From an uncultured Gammaproteobacteria bacterium (lineage in GTDB: Bacteria > Patescibacteriota > Patescibacteriia > JACRDY01), in NCBI GenBank assembly GCA_964523165.1, contig CAZFXZ010000003.1, positions 1 through 34,726 on the forward strand: DNA of 34,726 nt, given 5' to 3'. The notes beneath the pieces were generated by a model. The model was given only the letters and a program-made list of their open reading frames with translations, ran no database searches and was not told the DNA's origin. The position numbers were made by a program, and so were the translations under genes. This document shows, one piece after another, positions 22,797 to 30,818 of the stretch (within the stretch, counting starts at the first letter, position 1; every line of letters begins with the position of its first letter).

Positions 22797-23051
22797 ATGG
22801 CTATTCCGTTGATTTATTTTCTTTATTTATATTTACTCATTTTAGTCATTGGCGTAGTTTTGGCTTTTTTTAACATTTATCACATGGCGCGTTTTTCTTT
22901 TTACAGTTTTACGGCCTTTTTAGTCACGACTATATTTGCTTTAGGCACGGCCGCTATTTTACTAACGTCTTTAGTCACGGTGTCTGGTTTTAATTGGCAG
23001 GTGGATTGGCAGATTATACCCGGGGGCTGGTTTGACATTCCAACACTATGA
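22797..23051 (+). CDS. Small hydrophobic membrane protein
   Basis: 84 aa with 2-3 predicted TM helices. It overlaps the next ORF by 4 nt. Confidence 0.45.
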   Translation: MAIPLIYFLYLYLLILVIGVVLAFFNIYHMARFSFYSFTAFLVTTIFALGTAAILLTSLVTVSGFNWQVDWQIIPGGWFDIPTL

Positions 23052-23626
23052 CCTCAATGCGTTTAGTTAAAATTTATGTGCCCGACCTAACCTCCGATGA
23101 AAAAGTTGAAATGGTTTTGCGTCGTCACGGCGTTATTATGCTTTTTGATGTTTTATTATTTTTGCTATTGCTAGCCGTGCCGATAGTGGTGGAGTCGTTT
23201 TTGTCTCGCGAATTTGCTTCTTTATTAGTAGGACCGGTCTCTAAACCATTATTATTTTGCTTGGGCAGTATTTATTATTTTTATATCTGGGTTTATTTTT
23301 TTGCCACCTTTATTGATTACTGGCTCGATGTTTGGATCGTGACTGATCGTCGGATCGTTTCGCTCGAGCAAAAGGGGACTTTTTCACGACGTTCATCAGA
23401 ACAGCAACTGTATCGGATTCAAGACGTGACTTCGGCCGTGACCGGATTTTTGCCGACGATTTTGCGCTATGGTGATGTCGTGGCCCAATCAGCCGGCACG
23501 GTCCAAAATACTCAGCTCCAACAAATCGCCCATCCCGACGCCGTCGCTCGACGCATTATGGAGCTAGTTGAGCAAGCCAAACGTCGGCAACCCGACCTGA
23601 CCGATCAATCAACCGCCAAGCTTTAG
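23048..23626 (+). CDS. Membrane protein with a bacterial PH (bPH/YdbS-like) domain
   Basis: 192 aa. Two TM helices are followed by WIVTDRRIVSLEQKGTFSRRSSEQQLYRIQDV...YGDVVAQSAG, which is typical of the bPH fold. Confidence 0.5.
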   Translation: MTSMRLVKIYVPDLTSDEKVEMVLRRHGVIMLFDVLLFLLLLAVPIVVESFLSREFASLLVGPVSKPLLFCLGSIYYFYIWVYFFATFIDYWLDVWIVTDRRIVSLEQKGTFSRRSSEQQLYRIQDVTSAVTGFLPTILRYGDVVAQSAGTVQNTQLQQIAHPDAVARRIMELVEQAKRRQPDLTDQSTAKL

Positions 23627-23630
23627 CCTC

Positions 23631-25052
23631 ATGTCATTAGCCAAAAAAATCGCCCACAACACCGCCTTACAAATCACTGGTAAAGTTATCAGTACGATCT
23701 TAGGTTTAGTGGCTGTGGCCATGATGACGCGTTATTTGGGGCCGACGGGCTTTGGTCACTACACAACGATCATTGCCTTTTTACAATTTTTTGGCATCGT
23801 GGTGGATATGGGCTTGTCGTTGGTGGTGATTCAGATGACGGCTGAAGATGAAAAAAATCAACAAAAGATCGCCAGCAATATTTTTACTCTAAGGCTTATC
23901 AGTGCGGCGGTTATTTTGGGCAGTGCGCCATTGTTAGCTTTACTCTTTCCTTATCCGGCAGTGGTCAAAACCGGTATTGCTTTAACGACGCTATCCTTTT
24001 TCTTTATTTCGCTAAACCAAATTATTATCGGTCTATTTCAGAAGCAGTTAAAAATGTTGACCGTGGCGGTGGCCGAAGTTATTAGTCGAGTGGTTTTAGT
24101 CGCGGGTATTGCCGCGGTCATGTTTTACGACGCGGGATTTTTGCCAGTCATGAGCGTGATCGTCGTCGGCAGTTTAGTCAACTTTTTTATAACTTTTGTT
24201 AAAATAAAAAAATCTTTTCATCTTCACTTGTCTTGGGACAAAACAGTCTGGGTTGAGGCTTTGCGCCGTAGTTGGCCGATCGCCATCTCGATTGTTTTTA
24301 ATTTATTATATTTCAAAGCCGATACGGTCATTTTGTCGCTATATCGACCGGCGGCCGAAGTCGGGATTTACGGGGCGACTTATAAAGTCTTGGAAGTTTT
24401 GACCCAGATCACTTATTTGTTTATGGGTTTGATTTTGCCGATCTATTCGGCGACCTGGGCCAGCAAAAATTTAGCTTCTTTTAAAGATGCTATCCAAAAA
24501 GCTTTTGACGCCACGGCCATAATTGCTATGCCAATGGTGGCCGGGTTGTTTTTATTGGGCACGCCAGTCATGATGTTGGTGGCCGGATCAGAATTTGCCG
24601 ACGCTGGGCCACTGTTGCAAATTTTAATTTTTGCTACGGGGGCAATATTTTTTACCAATGTTTTCACTTACGCTATCGTGGCGGCCAAATTACAAAAAAC
24701 CATGCTCTGGGGCTTTGTGGCGGCGGCGGTCATTGGCTTAGCCGGATATTTTGTTTTAATCCCGTTGTATTCATATTGGGGCGCGGCCATCATGACATTG
24801 GTTGTAGAAAGTTTTGTTAGTTGTTATGCCATGTGGGTCATTTATCAAGCCGTTGGCTATCGACCACGATTAAAAATATTTTTTAAAGCCGTAGCTGCCG
24901 CTCTGATCATGGCCGCGGCTGTTTGGTTTGTCGAGCCGATTATGCCGTTGTTATTGACCATCGCCGTCGGGGCGGTCGTTTATCCGACAGTCTTGTATTT
25001 ATTAAACGGTTATGACAAAAAATTACTCAAAGAAATTTTAAGTCGTCCGTGA
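23631..25052 (+). CDS. MOP-superfamily polysaccharide/oligosaccharide flippase (Wzx/MurJ-like)
   Basis: 473 aa with ~14 TM helices. The N-terminus IAHNTALQITGKVISTILGLVAVAMMTRYLGPTGFG is typical of the polysaccharide biosynthesis protein family. Confidence 0.65.
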   Translation: MSLAKKIAHNTALQITGKVISTILGLVAVAMMTRYLGPTGFGHYTTIIAFLQFFGIVVDMGLSLVVIQMTAEDEKNQQKIASNIFTLRLISAAVILGSAPLLALLFPYPAVVKTGIALTTLSFFFISLNQIIIGLFQKQLKMLTVAVAEVISRVVLVAGIAAVMFYDAGFLPVMSVIVVGSLVNFFITFVKIKKSFHLHLSWDKTVWVEALRRSWPIAISIVFNLLYFKADTVILSLYRPAAEVGIYGATYKVLEVLTQITYLFMGLILPIYSATWASKNLASFKDAIQKAFDATAIIAMPMVAGLFLLGTPVMMLVAGSEFADAGPLLQILIFATGAIFFTNVFTYAIVAAKLQKTMLWGFVAAAVIGLAGYFVLIPLYSYWGAAIMTLVVESFVSCYAMWVIYQAVGYRPRLKIFFKAVAAALIMAAAVWFVEPIMPLLLTIAVGAVVYPTVLYLLNGYDKKLLKEILSRP

Positions 25053-25053
25053 G

Positions 25054-26286
25054 ATGATTATCGCCTCATCGATTTTACTTGCTCTATTGGTCGGTTATCT
25101 GACCTATCGCCACCTCGACTGGGGTGTATATATTGTTTTGGCTTGTTTGCCGGCCTACGGCCTGCGCTTCACGCTCGGTGGTATTCCCTTTACGTTGTTG
25201 GAATTTTTGATCTTGACCGTCGTGGCTGTTTGGTTGTGGCGGCGGCCGGCCATCACCCCCATAGGGACAACCCTAGGATTGTCCTCCCTACGCTGGGCAA
25301 TGATCGCGGTTGTCGTTATGGCCACCATGGCGGTTTTTGTCGCCACCGATTGGCCGGCCGCCGCCGGTTATTGGAAGGCTTATTTTATCGAACCGATTTT
25401 ATTTGCCATTGTGTTTATTTCTACCATCAAAACCGCTGATCAATTTCGTCGAGTCGTGTGGGCGCTGGCCGTGCCAGCCACTGCGATTTCTCTGTTTGCG
25501 ATCTTTCAATATTTGGCCGGAGGTTTTTTGGTGCCGGTTGATTATTGGTTGGGTGGTGAGGGGCAACGCGTGACCAGCTTTTATAGCTATCCCAATGCTA
25601 TCGGTTTGTTTGTCGCGCCGATCATTGGTTTATTAATCGGTTTACTCGTCGATCGCTGGCACGCTAAACAATGGCCGGCAGTCCTTGTCTCTTGTCTTGT
25701 TATCATCAGCGGTATGATCGCGATTATCTTAGCCAAGTCTGACGGCGCGCTCGTGGCGTTAGTCGCCGCACTGTTCATCGCCTTACTTATCACTCGTTAC
25801 ACTCGTTGGCCGACAATTATACTGCTCATCCTCGGTGGAGTATTTGTCGCCTGGCAAAGCTTTCCTTCATCCATCAGCGACGTCCTGCTATTGCGCGACT
25901 GGTCTGGTCAAGTGCGACTGACAATGTGGAGTGAGACGTGGCAACTGATTAAAGATCATTGGCTGTTGGGTGTGGGTTTGGGCGGTTATCAAACGGCCAT
26001 GATCCCGTATCACTCGGCCAAACACTTAGAAATATTTTTATATCCGCATAATATTTTATTTAATTTTTGGGTGGAAATTGGTCTGGCTGGAATGTTGGTT
26101 TTTTTGGGAATGTTATTTGCCGCTCTGCGCCATACGGCATACGCCATACGCCATACGGCATACGGTATTGGCATTCTTATGGCTGTTGTTATATTAGTTG
26201 TTCACGGTCTTGTCGATGTGCCATATTTCAAAAATGATTTGGCCGTGTTATGGTGGGTAGTAATAGCTTTAGCTTATGAATCCTGA
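25054..26286 (+). CDS. O-antigen ligase/polymerase-like (Wzy_C-type) membrane protein
   Basis: 410 aa, polytopic. The central loop region with AKSDGALVALVAALFIALL and the following large loop resembles the Wzy_C family. Confidence 0.5.
   Translation: MIIASSILLALLVGYLTYRHLDWGVYIVLACLPAYGLRFTLGGIPFTLLEFLILTVVAVWLWRRPAITPIGTTLGLSSLRWAMIAVVVMATMAVFVATDWPAAAGYWKAYFIEPILFAIVFISTIKTADQFRRVVWALAVPATAISLFAIFQYLAGGFLVPVDYWLGGEGQRVTSFYSYPNAIGLFVAPIIGLLIGLLVDRWHAKQWPAVLVSCLVIISGMIAIILAKSDGALVALVAALFIALLITRYTRWPTIILLILGGVFVAWQSFPSSISDVLLLRDWSGQVRLTMWSETWQLIKDHWLLGVGLGGYQTAMIPYHSAKHLEIFLYPHNILFNFWVEIGLAGMLVFLGMLFAALRHTAYAIRHTAYGIGILMAVVILVVHGLVDVPYFKNDLAVLWWVVIALAYES
26128..26169 (+). repeat. Imperfect heptanucleotide repeat (six units) inside the ligase-like gene
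   Basis: CGCCATA CGGCATA CGCCATA CGCCATA CGGCATA CGGTATT. This equals two 21-bp units encoding RHTAYAI and RHTAYGI. Confidence 0.8.
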
Positions 26287-27070
26287 ACGTGGCGGTTATA
26301 TCCCCCCGGAAGAAAAAAGGGATGATAAAAAAAGTTGGCTCAAAAAAACCGCCAAAGGCGCTGGTATTGTCGGTGGGGTAACGGCGGCTTTGCTAGCGGC
26401 TGGTGGTCGTGAACGCCCGCAATCGCCGGAACAATTTTCAGCCGAAGATGTTTTAAATGATCATATTGAGCAACAAGAAAGTAACCGCGAAAATGAGAAG
26501 AATTTGGACGATATAAAAAATAATACTTCAGATAAAATCAGCGCCGATTTTGGTCCGATAAATTTTGAAGATTGGGAAAAGATCATTGACGCTTATGAAG
26601 CTGGTTTTTATATTTATGGTGGTCGGGCCGGTAAAAATTTACTAGCTTTAAAAAATTCTGAAGGCCGTGATATGTTAGTACCGTTGAGTGATTGGGTTGA
26701 AGAGGAAATAGACACTTGGCAGGAGGTAGATCAAAAAGACGGAGAAGAAAATGAAAGAAGTGATCAGTGGTGGCAAGAAGCTCCTTCTGACTCTGAGCAA
26801 GAACGTCTAGCCGACATGGGGGTTGTTGAAGGTGAAGGATTGTTCAAGTCAATTGACTTGACAGCTACGGCCGCAGAAATCCTAGGTCGAGAGCAAACGG
26901 CTGAATTGAGTAATAGACTAAGTAAAATGAGCGATCCGGCAGATCAAGAAAAATTGTTATGGCGGATAAATAATATGTCGGCCGATTCTTTAAAAAAATT
27001 ATCCGGCGATATAAACATTTGGCAAAGCAGTTTAGACTTTTTGATCGAACAAATTGAAAAAGAAAAATAA
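26276..27070 (+). CDS. Hypothetical acidic protein with an N-terminal TM segment
   Basis: 264 aa, Glu/Asp-rich, with one hydrophobic segment (GAGIVGGVTAALLAAGG). No recognised domain. Confidence 0.45.
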   Translation: MNPERGGYIPPEEKRDDKKSWLKKTAKGAGIVGGVTAALLAAGGRERPQSPEQFSAEDVLNDHIEQQESNRENEKNLDDIKNNTSDKISADFGPINFEDWEKIIDAYEAGFYIYGGRAGKNLLALKNSEGRDMLVPLSDWVEEEIDTWQEVDQKDGEENERSDQWWQEAPSDSEQERLADMGVVEGEGLFKSIDLTATAAEILGREQTAELSNRLSKMSDPADQEKLLWRINNMSADSLKKLSGDINIWQSSLDFLIEQIEKEK

Positions 27071-27362
27071 TACTAATTATAAATATATGGAATGGGGAGA
27101 AGATTTGCGCCAACAATATTTAGATCAACCTGATACTGATGAAGGTTATGACCATCGAGCAAAAGAGGTAGACGAGAAAATTCGTCGGCAATACGCCATT
27201 GATGAAATGAATGAATATCGGGCTGAGTTAGAGCGACAGCTTTATCGCACCAAGTCGACTTTTGCTAATCCGCAAGTCCAGCTACGTTACCGTTGCCGAC
27301 AAATTTGTAAAAAATATCGCTTGGAGTTTTCCGAAGAGTTTTTGAAACAATTCTTGCAATAA
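27054..27362 (+). CDS. Hypothetical protein
   Basis: 102-aa ORF. An alternative ATG at 27087 (MEWGED...) would avoid overlap with the upstream gene. Confidence 0.4.
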   Translation: MKKKNNTNYKYMEWGEDLRQQYLDQPDTDEGYDHRAKEVDEKIRRQYAIDEMNEYRAELERQLYRTKSTFANPQVQLRYRCRQICKKYRLEFSEEFLKQFLQ

Positions 27363-27393
27363 TCAAGGAAAATTGATAACGTAGTCCCGTCTT

Positions 27394-27569
27394 GGAGAGG
27401 TGGCTGCCCGCTCGTCAGAGCGAGCGGGTCCGCTCACGGCTTTGCCGATGAGCGGAAGTGGTCGAAAGGTTGTTTTATTTTGGAGAGGTGGCTGCCCGCT
27501 CGTCAGAGCGAGCGGGTCCGCTCACGGCTTTGCCGATGAGCGGAAGTGGTCGAAAGGTTGTTTTATTTT
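27394..27569 (+). repeat. Two perfect 88-bp tandem units, each a 5' fragment of tRNA-Ser split by a 50-nt double hairpin
   Basis: Unit layout: GGAGAGGTGGCTG, then CCCGCTCGTCAGAGCGAGCGGG and TCCGCTCACGGCTTTGCCGATGAGCGGA, then AGTGGTCGAAAG, then GTTGTTTTATTTT. The units start at 27394 and 27482, and the real tRNA starts at 27570, in the same 88-nt phase. Confidence 0.85.
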
Positions 27570-29194
27570 GGAGAGGTGGCTGAGTGGTCGAAAGCGCAGC
27601 ACTCGAAATGCTGTATGGGAGAAATCCCATCGAGGGTTCGAATCCCTCCCTCTCCGCCAGATTGGCAACTTTGAACTTTAGTCACGGCAAGGGTTTTCGA
27701 GGCGATTTTCGAGCCCTTGCCGCCGACTTTTGGGGGATCGAAGTTGCTAGAGTTTAAGTCCATAAGAACATCAAAGACTGGCGTCCAAATAGGCGTCAGT
27801 TTTTGATTTTGCACTGTGAAGCCCTCAAAGCAGAGCTTTACCAGTGTTCGCTTCTGATGCATGCCACTGGTTCGGAATACCTTATCGGCATGATCCGTAA
27901 AATCGAGTATCTCATTAAACTTCTGCACAAATTTGTCAGACTTACCCTCAAGGATCGACAAGCGTTCCTGATACATCTCTTTCTCCTTTAAGAGCTCGTC
28001 CTGAATCTTTATAAACACGTCTGCGTCTATGATGCGTTTTGAGCGATCCACGACAATGTTGCGGATCTGCTGTTGCACTCTTACCAGCTCCTGCCTGAGA
28101 GTCTTTCTCTCCCTTTCTTCCTGACCCATTCGCTCTTTGGCGAAGTGTTGAAAGTAAGCATCCAAGACCTTCTTAAACCGATCTGGTAATTGCACCCTTG
28201 AGAGATGCATTGCAACCTGTTCCTCAACCGACTCCCAGCGTATGTATTTACGCTCCGAGCAAGTTTTATCATTCCAGTGGGTGCATGCGTAGTAGAGATG
28301 ACCCTTTTGCGTTTGTCCGCAAAGAGTAGAACCACAGACCGCACATCGCATAAAACCCGCCATCGGATAAGAGTGCTTGCGACTGCGATCGGCAGAGTGA
28401 TTGTGCTGTTGGATGATCTCCTGAACGTCGTCAAAGAGCTTTTTGGTGATGAGTGTAGGAAAACTCGACTGACACGTTGCCGAACGAGTTTTAACGAGAC
28501 CGTAGTAGATCGGGTTCATAAGGATATGCTCAATCGATGTTCGTCTCACCAGATTGCCGTACTTACTTTTGAAGCCACGCTTGGCAAGCTCGGCCGCAAG
28601 CGAATCGTAGCTGTACTTGCCGGTGGCGTAGAACTCAAATGCCATCTTTACGAACGGTGCTCGCAGAGGATCGACAATGAGTGATTTTGTTTTCTTATCG
28701 TTCAAATAGCCAGTCGGTGCGTATCCGGGGAACCGTCCACGCTCTACCGCCTCCTTGAGGCCTTTTCTGACCTCCCAGCTGATATTCTGGGAAGTCCATT
28801 GAGCGATTGACGACATGATGTTCTCGACGAGCTCGCCAGAGAAAGATTCATCGAATTGCTCGACCACCGAGATCAGACGAACGTCATGCTTTTTAAGCAT
28901 CATTTTGATGGCCGCATAGTCAGCAACATTGCGACACATACGATCAAGTTTGTGCATCAAGATAACATCAATCTTGGCATCGGTCTTAGCCCGGTGAAGC
29001 ATTTTCTGAAGCTGTGGACGTTCGACCGTTCGAGCCGATTCACCTTTCTCCTCGTAAATGCCATCCGGTGCAAGAGTCCAATGGTGATCCATTCCGTACT
29101 TTTGGCATGCTTTGACCTGCGCCGGAATACTGAGTTCTCGCTCGGCCTGACGAGAGGTAGAGACACGGCCGTAGATTAAATAATTTGTGCTCAT
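27563..29194 (-). CDS. Large serine recombinase (integrase)
   Basis: 543 aa. The N-terminal resolvase domain has YGRVSTSRQ (catalytic Ser). A recombinase domain follows, then a Cys-rich zinc ribbon (CAVCGSTLCG...YYACTHW...C) and a coiled-coil region. The last ~32 codons are the antisense of tRNA-Ser, so the functional C-terminus is uncertain. Confidence 0.9.
   Translation of the reverse strand: MSTNYLIYGRVSTSRQAERELSIPAQVKACQKYGMDHHWTLAPDGIYEEKGESARTVERPQLQKMLHRAKTDAKIDVILMHKLDRMCRNVADYAAIKMMLKKHDVRLISVVEQFDESFSGELVENIMSSIAQWTSQNISWEVRKGLKEAVERGRFPGYAPTGYLNDKKTKSLIVDPLRAPFVKMAFEFYATGKYSYDSLAAELAKRGFKSKYGNLVRRTSIEHILMNPIYYGLVKTRSATCQSSFPTLITKKLFDDVQEIIQQHNHSADRSRKHSYPMAGFMRCAVCGSTLCGQTQKGHLYYACTHWNDKTCSERKYIRWESVEEQVAMHLSRVQLPDRFKKVLDAYFQHFAKERMGQEERERKTLRQELVRVQQQIRNIVVDRSKRIIDADVFIKIQDELLKEKEMYQERLSILEGKSDKFVQKFNEILDFTDHADKVFRTSGMHQKRTLVKLCFEGFTVQNQKLTPIWTPVFDVLMDLNSSNFDPPKVGGKGSKIASKTLAVTKVQSCQSGGEGGIRTLDGISPIQHFECCAFDHSATSPK
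27570..27659 (+). tRNA. tRNA-Ser (anticodon CGA), long variable arm, CCA encoded
   Basis: GGAGAGG acceptor, anticodon stem-loop CAGCA-CTCGAAA-TGCTG, variable arm TATGGGAGAAATCCCATC, T-arm GAGGG-TTCGAAT-CCCTC, 3' end CCTCTCC-G-CCA. Confidence 0.9.
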
Positions 29195-29204
29195 AGTTTT
29201 GTTT

Positions 29205-29241
29205 CTATAAAAGCGGCAGGGCTCTCGGATTGAGAGCCCTG
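29205..29241 (-). terminator. Hairpin between the CI-like gene and the integrase
   Basis: The minus strand reads CAGGGCTCTC-AATCC-GAGAGCCCTG, then CCGC and TTTTAT. The integrase ATG follows within ~20 nt, so integrase transcription probably needs read-through. Confidence 0.5.
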
Positions 29242-29246
29242 TTGGG

Positions 29247-29963
29247 TTAATATTTTTTTAAGTGATAAATTAATCGACCTATCATCTTGCTCTCCTTGAG
29301 ATGGTAGGTTTTTTTGAATCCTTCCTTCTCCGGCCGGAGCTCAAGATGTTCGCCCCGTTCGTGGTAGTAGGTCATTGCCAGACCATCCGGTGTGCTCATG
29401 ATCACAATGTCGCCATTTTTTGGAGGTGCATCGGCATCAAGGACGATGAAATCTCCGGAAAGGATACCTGCGTCAGGGAGTGTGAGGTCGGACACTCGAA
29501 GCCCGAATACTCGATGACCTGGCACAACGTTATCTTTTGGAAGCATGACAAAATCAGTCGTTCGACTTAGATGACCATCGAGATCGTCAATAGGGATTGC
29601 TACGAGAACCGGCAATTTGAAATGACCGTCAGCCGTAAAAGTTTTTTTCAACTCCTCAAGTCCTTGCTCGAGCTTACTTGCGGCCTCGTGTACACGCTTC
29701 TCTCCAACGTCCTTGATATCAAATTTATAATTACCCTCCATGCTCACCTGTTGGATTTTACCTTCGGTCCAACGCTTCCTCACTTCCTCCTCGGGGAGCT
29801 GATAGGCCTTAGCGAAAGTGGCCAGCTGTTTCTGAGATGGGATACGAGTCCCGTTCTCCAGCTGGCTGATGTAGCTGGACGAAAAGCCGAGCCGCTCGGC
29901 CAGCTCTTTTATAGTCCAGTTATTCGATTCCCTTTGTTGTTTTAGATATGAACCAAATGACAT
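29247..29963 (-). CDS. CI/LexA-like repressor: XRE HTH plus an S24-fold C-terminal domain
   Basis: The N-terminus WTIKELAERLGFSSSYISQLENGTRIPS is an XRE HTH. The C-terminus FGLRVSDLTLPDAGILSGDFIVLD...NGDIVIM...LELRPEK is colinear with the LexA/CI peptidase domain. Confidence 0.8.
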   Translation of the reverse strand: MSFGSYLKQQRESNNWTIKELAERLGFSSSYISQLENGTRIPSQKQLATFAKAYQLPEEEVRKRWTEGKIQQVSMEGNYKFDIKDVGEKRVHEAASKLEQGLEELKKTFTADGHFKLPVLVAIPIDDLDGHLSRTTDFVMLPKDNVVPGHRVFGLRVSDLTLPDAGILSGDFIVLDADAPPKNGDIVIMSTPDGLAMTYYHERGEHLELRPEKEGFKKTYHLKESKMIGRLIYHLKKY

Positions 29964-30029
29964 ATTTGTTGTTTTTGCTTAATCGATTATTTGCGACCTG
30001 TTAATTGAAGTATAGCAAATTAGTAAAGA

Positions 30030-30047
30030 TTAAGCAACTTTGCTTAT
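30030..30047. promoter_or_regulatory. Operator-like palindrome overlapping the -35 of the leftward promoter
   Basis: TTAAGCAA-CT-TTGCTTAT, with 7 of 8 symmetric pairs. The leftward promoter on the minus strand is TTGCTT (30037-30032), 17 nt, TATACT (30014-30009). Confidence 0.55.
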
Positions 30048-30070
30048 CCACATCCCCTATTCTTGACCAG

Positions 30071-30088
30071 TTAAGCAAAATTGCTTAA
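30071..30088. promoter_or_regulatory. Operator-like perfect palindrome between -35 and -10 of the rightward promoter
   Basis: TTAAGCAA-AA-TTGCTTAA. The rightward promoter is TTGACC (30063-30068), 17 nt, TAATAT (30086-30091). A further half-site TTGCTTAA lies at 29975-29982. Confidence 0.6.
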
Positions 30089-30119
30089 TATGACTATAGA
30101 GGTCTATTAGCTAAACACT

Positions 30120-30326
30120 ATGAGAACAACACCAACGAATATACGGCTGAGAGATCTCCGGATCAAGAAAGGGCTGACCCAGTACCAGCTTGCTCGGATT
30201 CTCGGATTTCGCCATAACACGGCGATCAGTCGATACGAGACAGGCCGGAAGCGGCCGAATCTTGAAACTGCCCAGCGAATCGCCCTCGCGCTGGGAGCAA
30301 CAGTCGAAGAGGTCTTCCTGCCGTGA
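30120..30326 (+). CDS. Cro-like XRE-family HTH protein
   Basis: 68 aa. LRIKKGLTQYQLARILGFRHNTAISRYETGRKRPNLETAQRIALALG is a classic XRE HTH. It is divergent from the CI-like gene. Confidence 0.8.
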   Translation: MRTTPTNIRLRDLRIKKGLTQYQLARILGFRHNTAISRYETGRKRPNLETAQRIALALGATVEEVFLP

Positions 30327-30379
30327 ACAGGAATGCGAGATCAATAAAAGTGTGAGGTCACTCTTATGAATCGCAACAC

Positions 30380-30658
30380 ATGTCACAACCAAAAAAAGAC
30401 GAGGAAGCCCTCATGGGGCTTACCAAGAACGCTCTCGCCGATGTTCTCGGCCGAGAGCCTACCAAGCAAGAGGTTTGGCGTGTCCATGCTGGCTTCAAGC
30501 GCATGGCATTCATGCTATTGGATCACTTAGATCACATCAAAAAGTATGACGACAAAAATCCTGATCAAGAGACTTATCCAGAGGATCTGGAAGCGGATGA
30601 CTCGGAAGCCCCCGACTCGGAGGGAACTGTTGGCACGGAGGGAGAGTCTCCTAAGTAA
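30380..30658 (+). CDS. Hypothetical protein with an acidic tail
   Basis: 92-aa ORF in the rightward module. No recognised domain. Confidence 0.4.
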   Translation: MSQPKKDEEALMGLTKNALADVLGREPTKQEVWRVHAGFKRMAFMLLDHLDHIKKYDDKNPDQETYPEDLEADDSEAPDSEGTVGTEGESPK

Positions 30659-30818
30659 TTTCACAATCCGCGAATTAGAAAATACGACCATGCGCCGGGA
30701 CTTCTGTCGAGCTATGGACAACATCGACCGAGCCCTGCCCAAGGCCAGAGAGTGGTAGATAGCGCCTTACTCTCCCCTCAATGGCGCCAGACGTGAAGGG
30801 AGGAATAAGGCGCGATCC

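Noticed and set aside
27394-27569. Could the 88-bp repeats be a CRISPR array, or a complete unusual tRNA (for example Sec-like or intron-containing)?
   Set aside because: The units are contiguous with no unique spacers and there are only two copies, so this is not a CRISPR array. No 3' acceptor strand (CCTCTCC) or T-arm follows within a unit, so no cloverleaf can close.
27400-27681. The 93-aa plus-strand ORF running through the 88-bp repeats and tRNA-Ser.
   Set aside because: It is made entirely of repeat and tRNA sequence. Its internal peptide repetition is a by-product of the DNA repeat, and it has no start context.
30546-30758. The 70-aa ORF overlapping the 3' half of 30380-30658 in another frame, with a possible short peptide from ATG 30690.
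   Set aside because: It has no start signals or recognisable motif, and most of it overlaps a same-strand ORF. I cannot tell from sequence alone which is real, so I did not call it.
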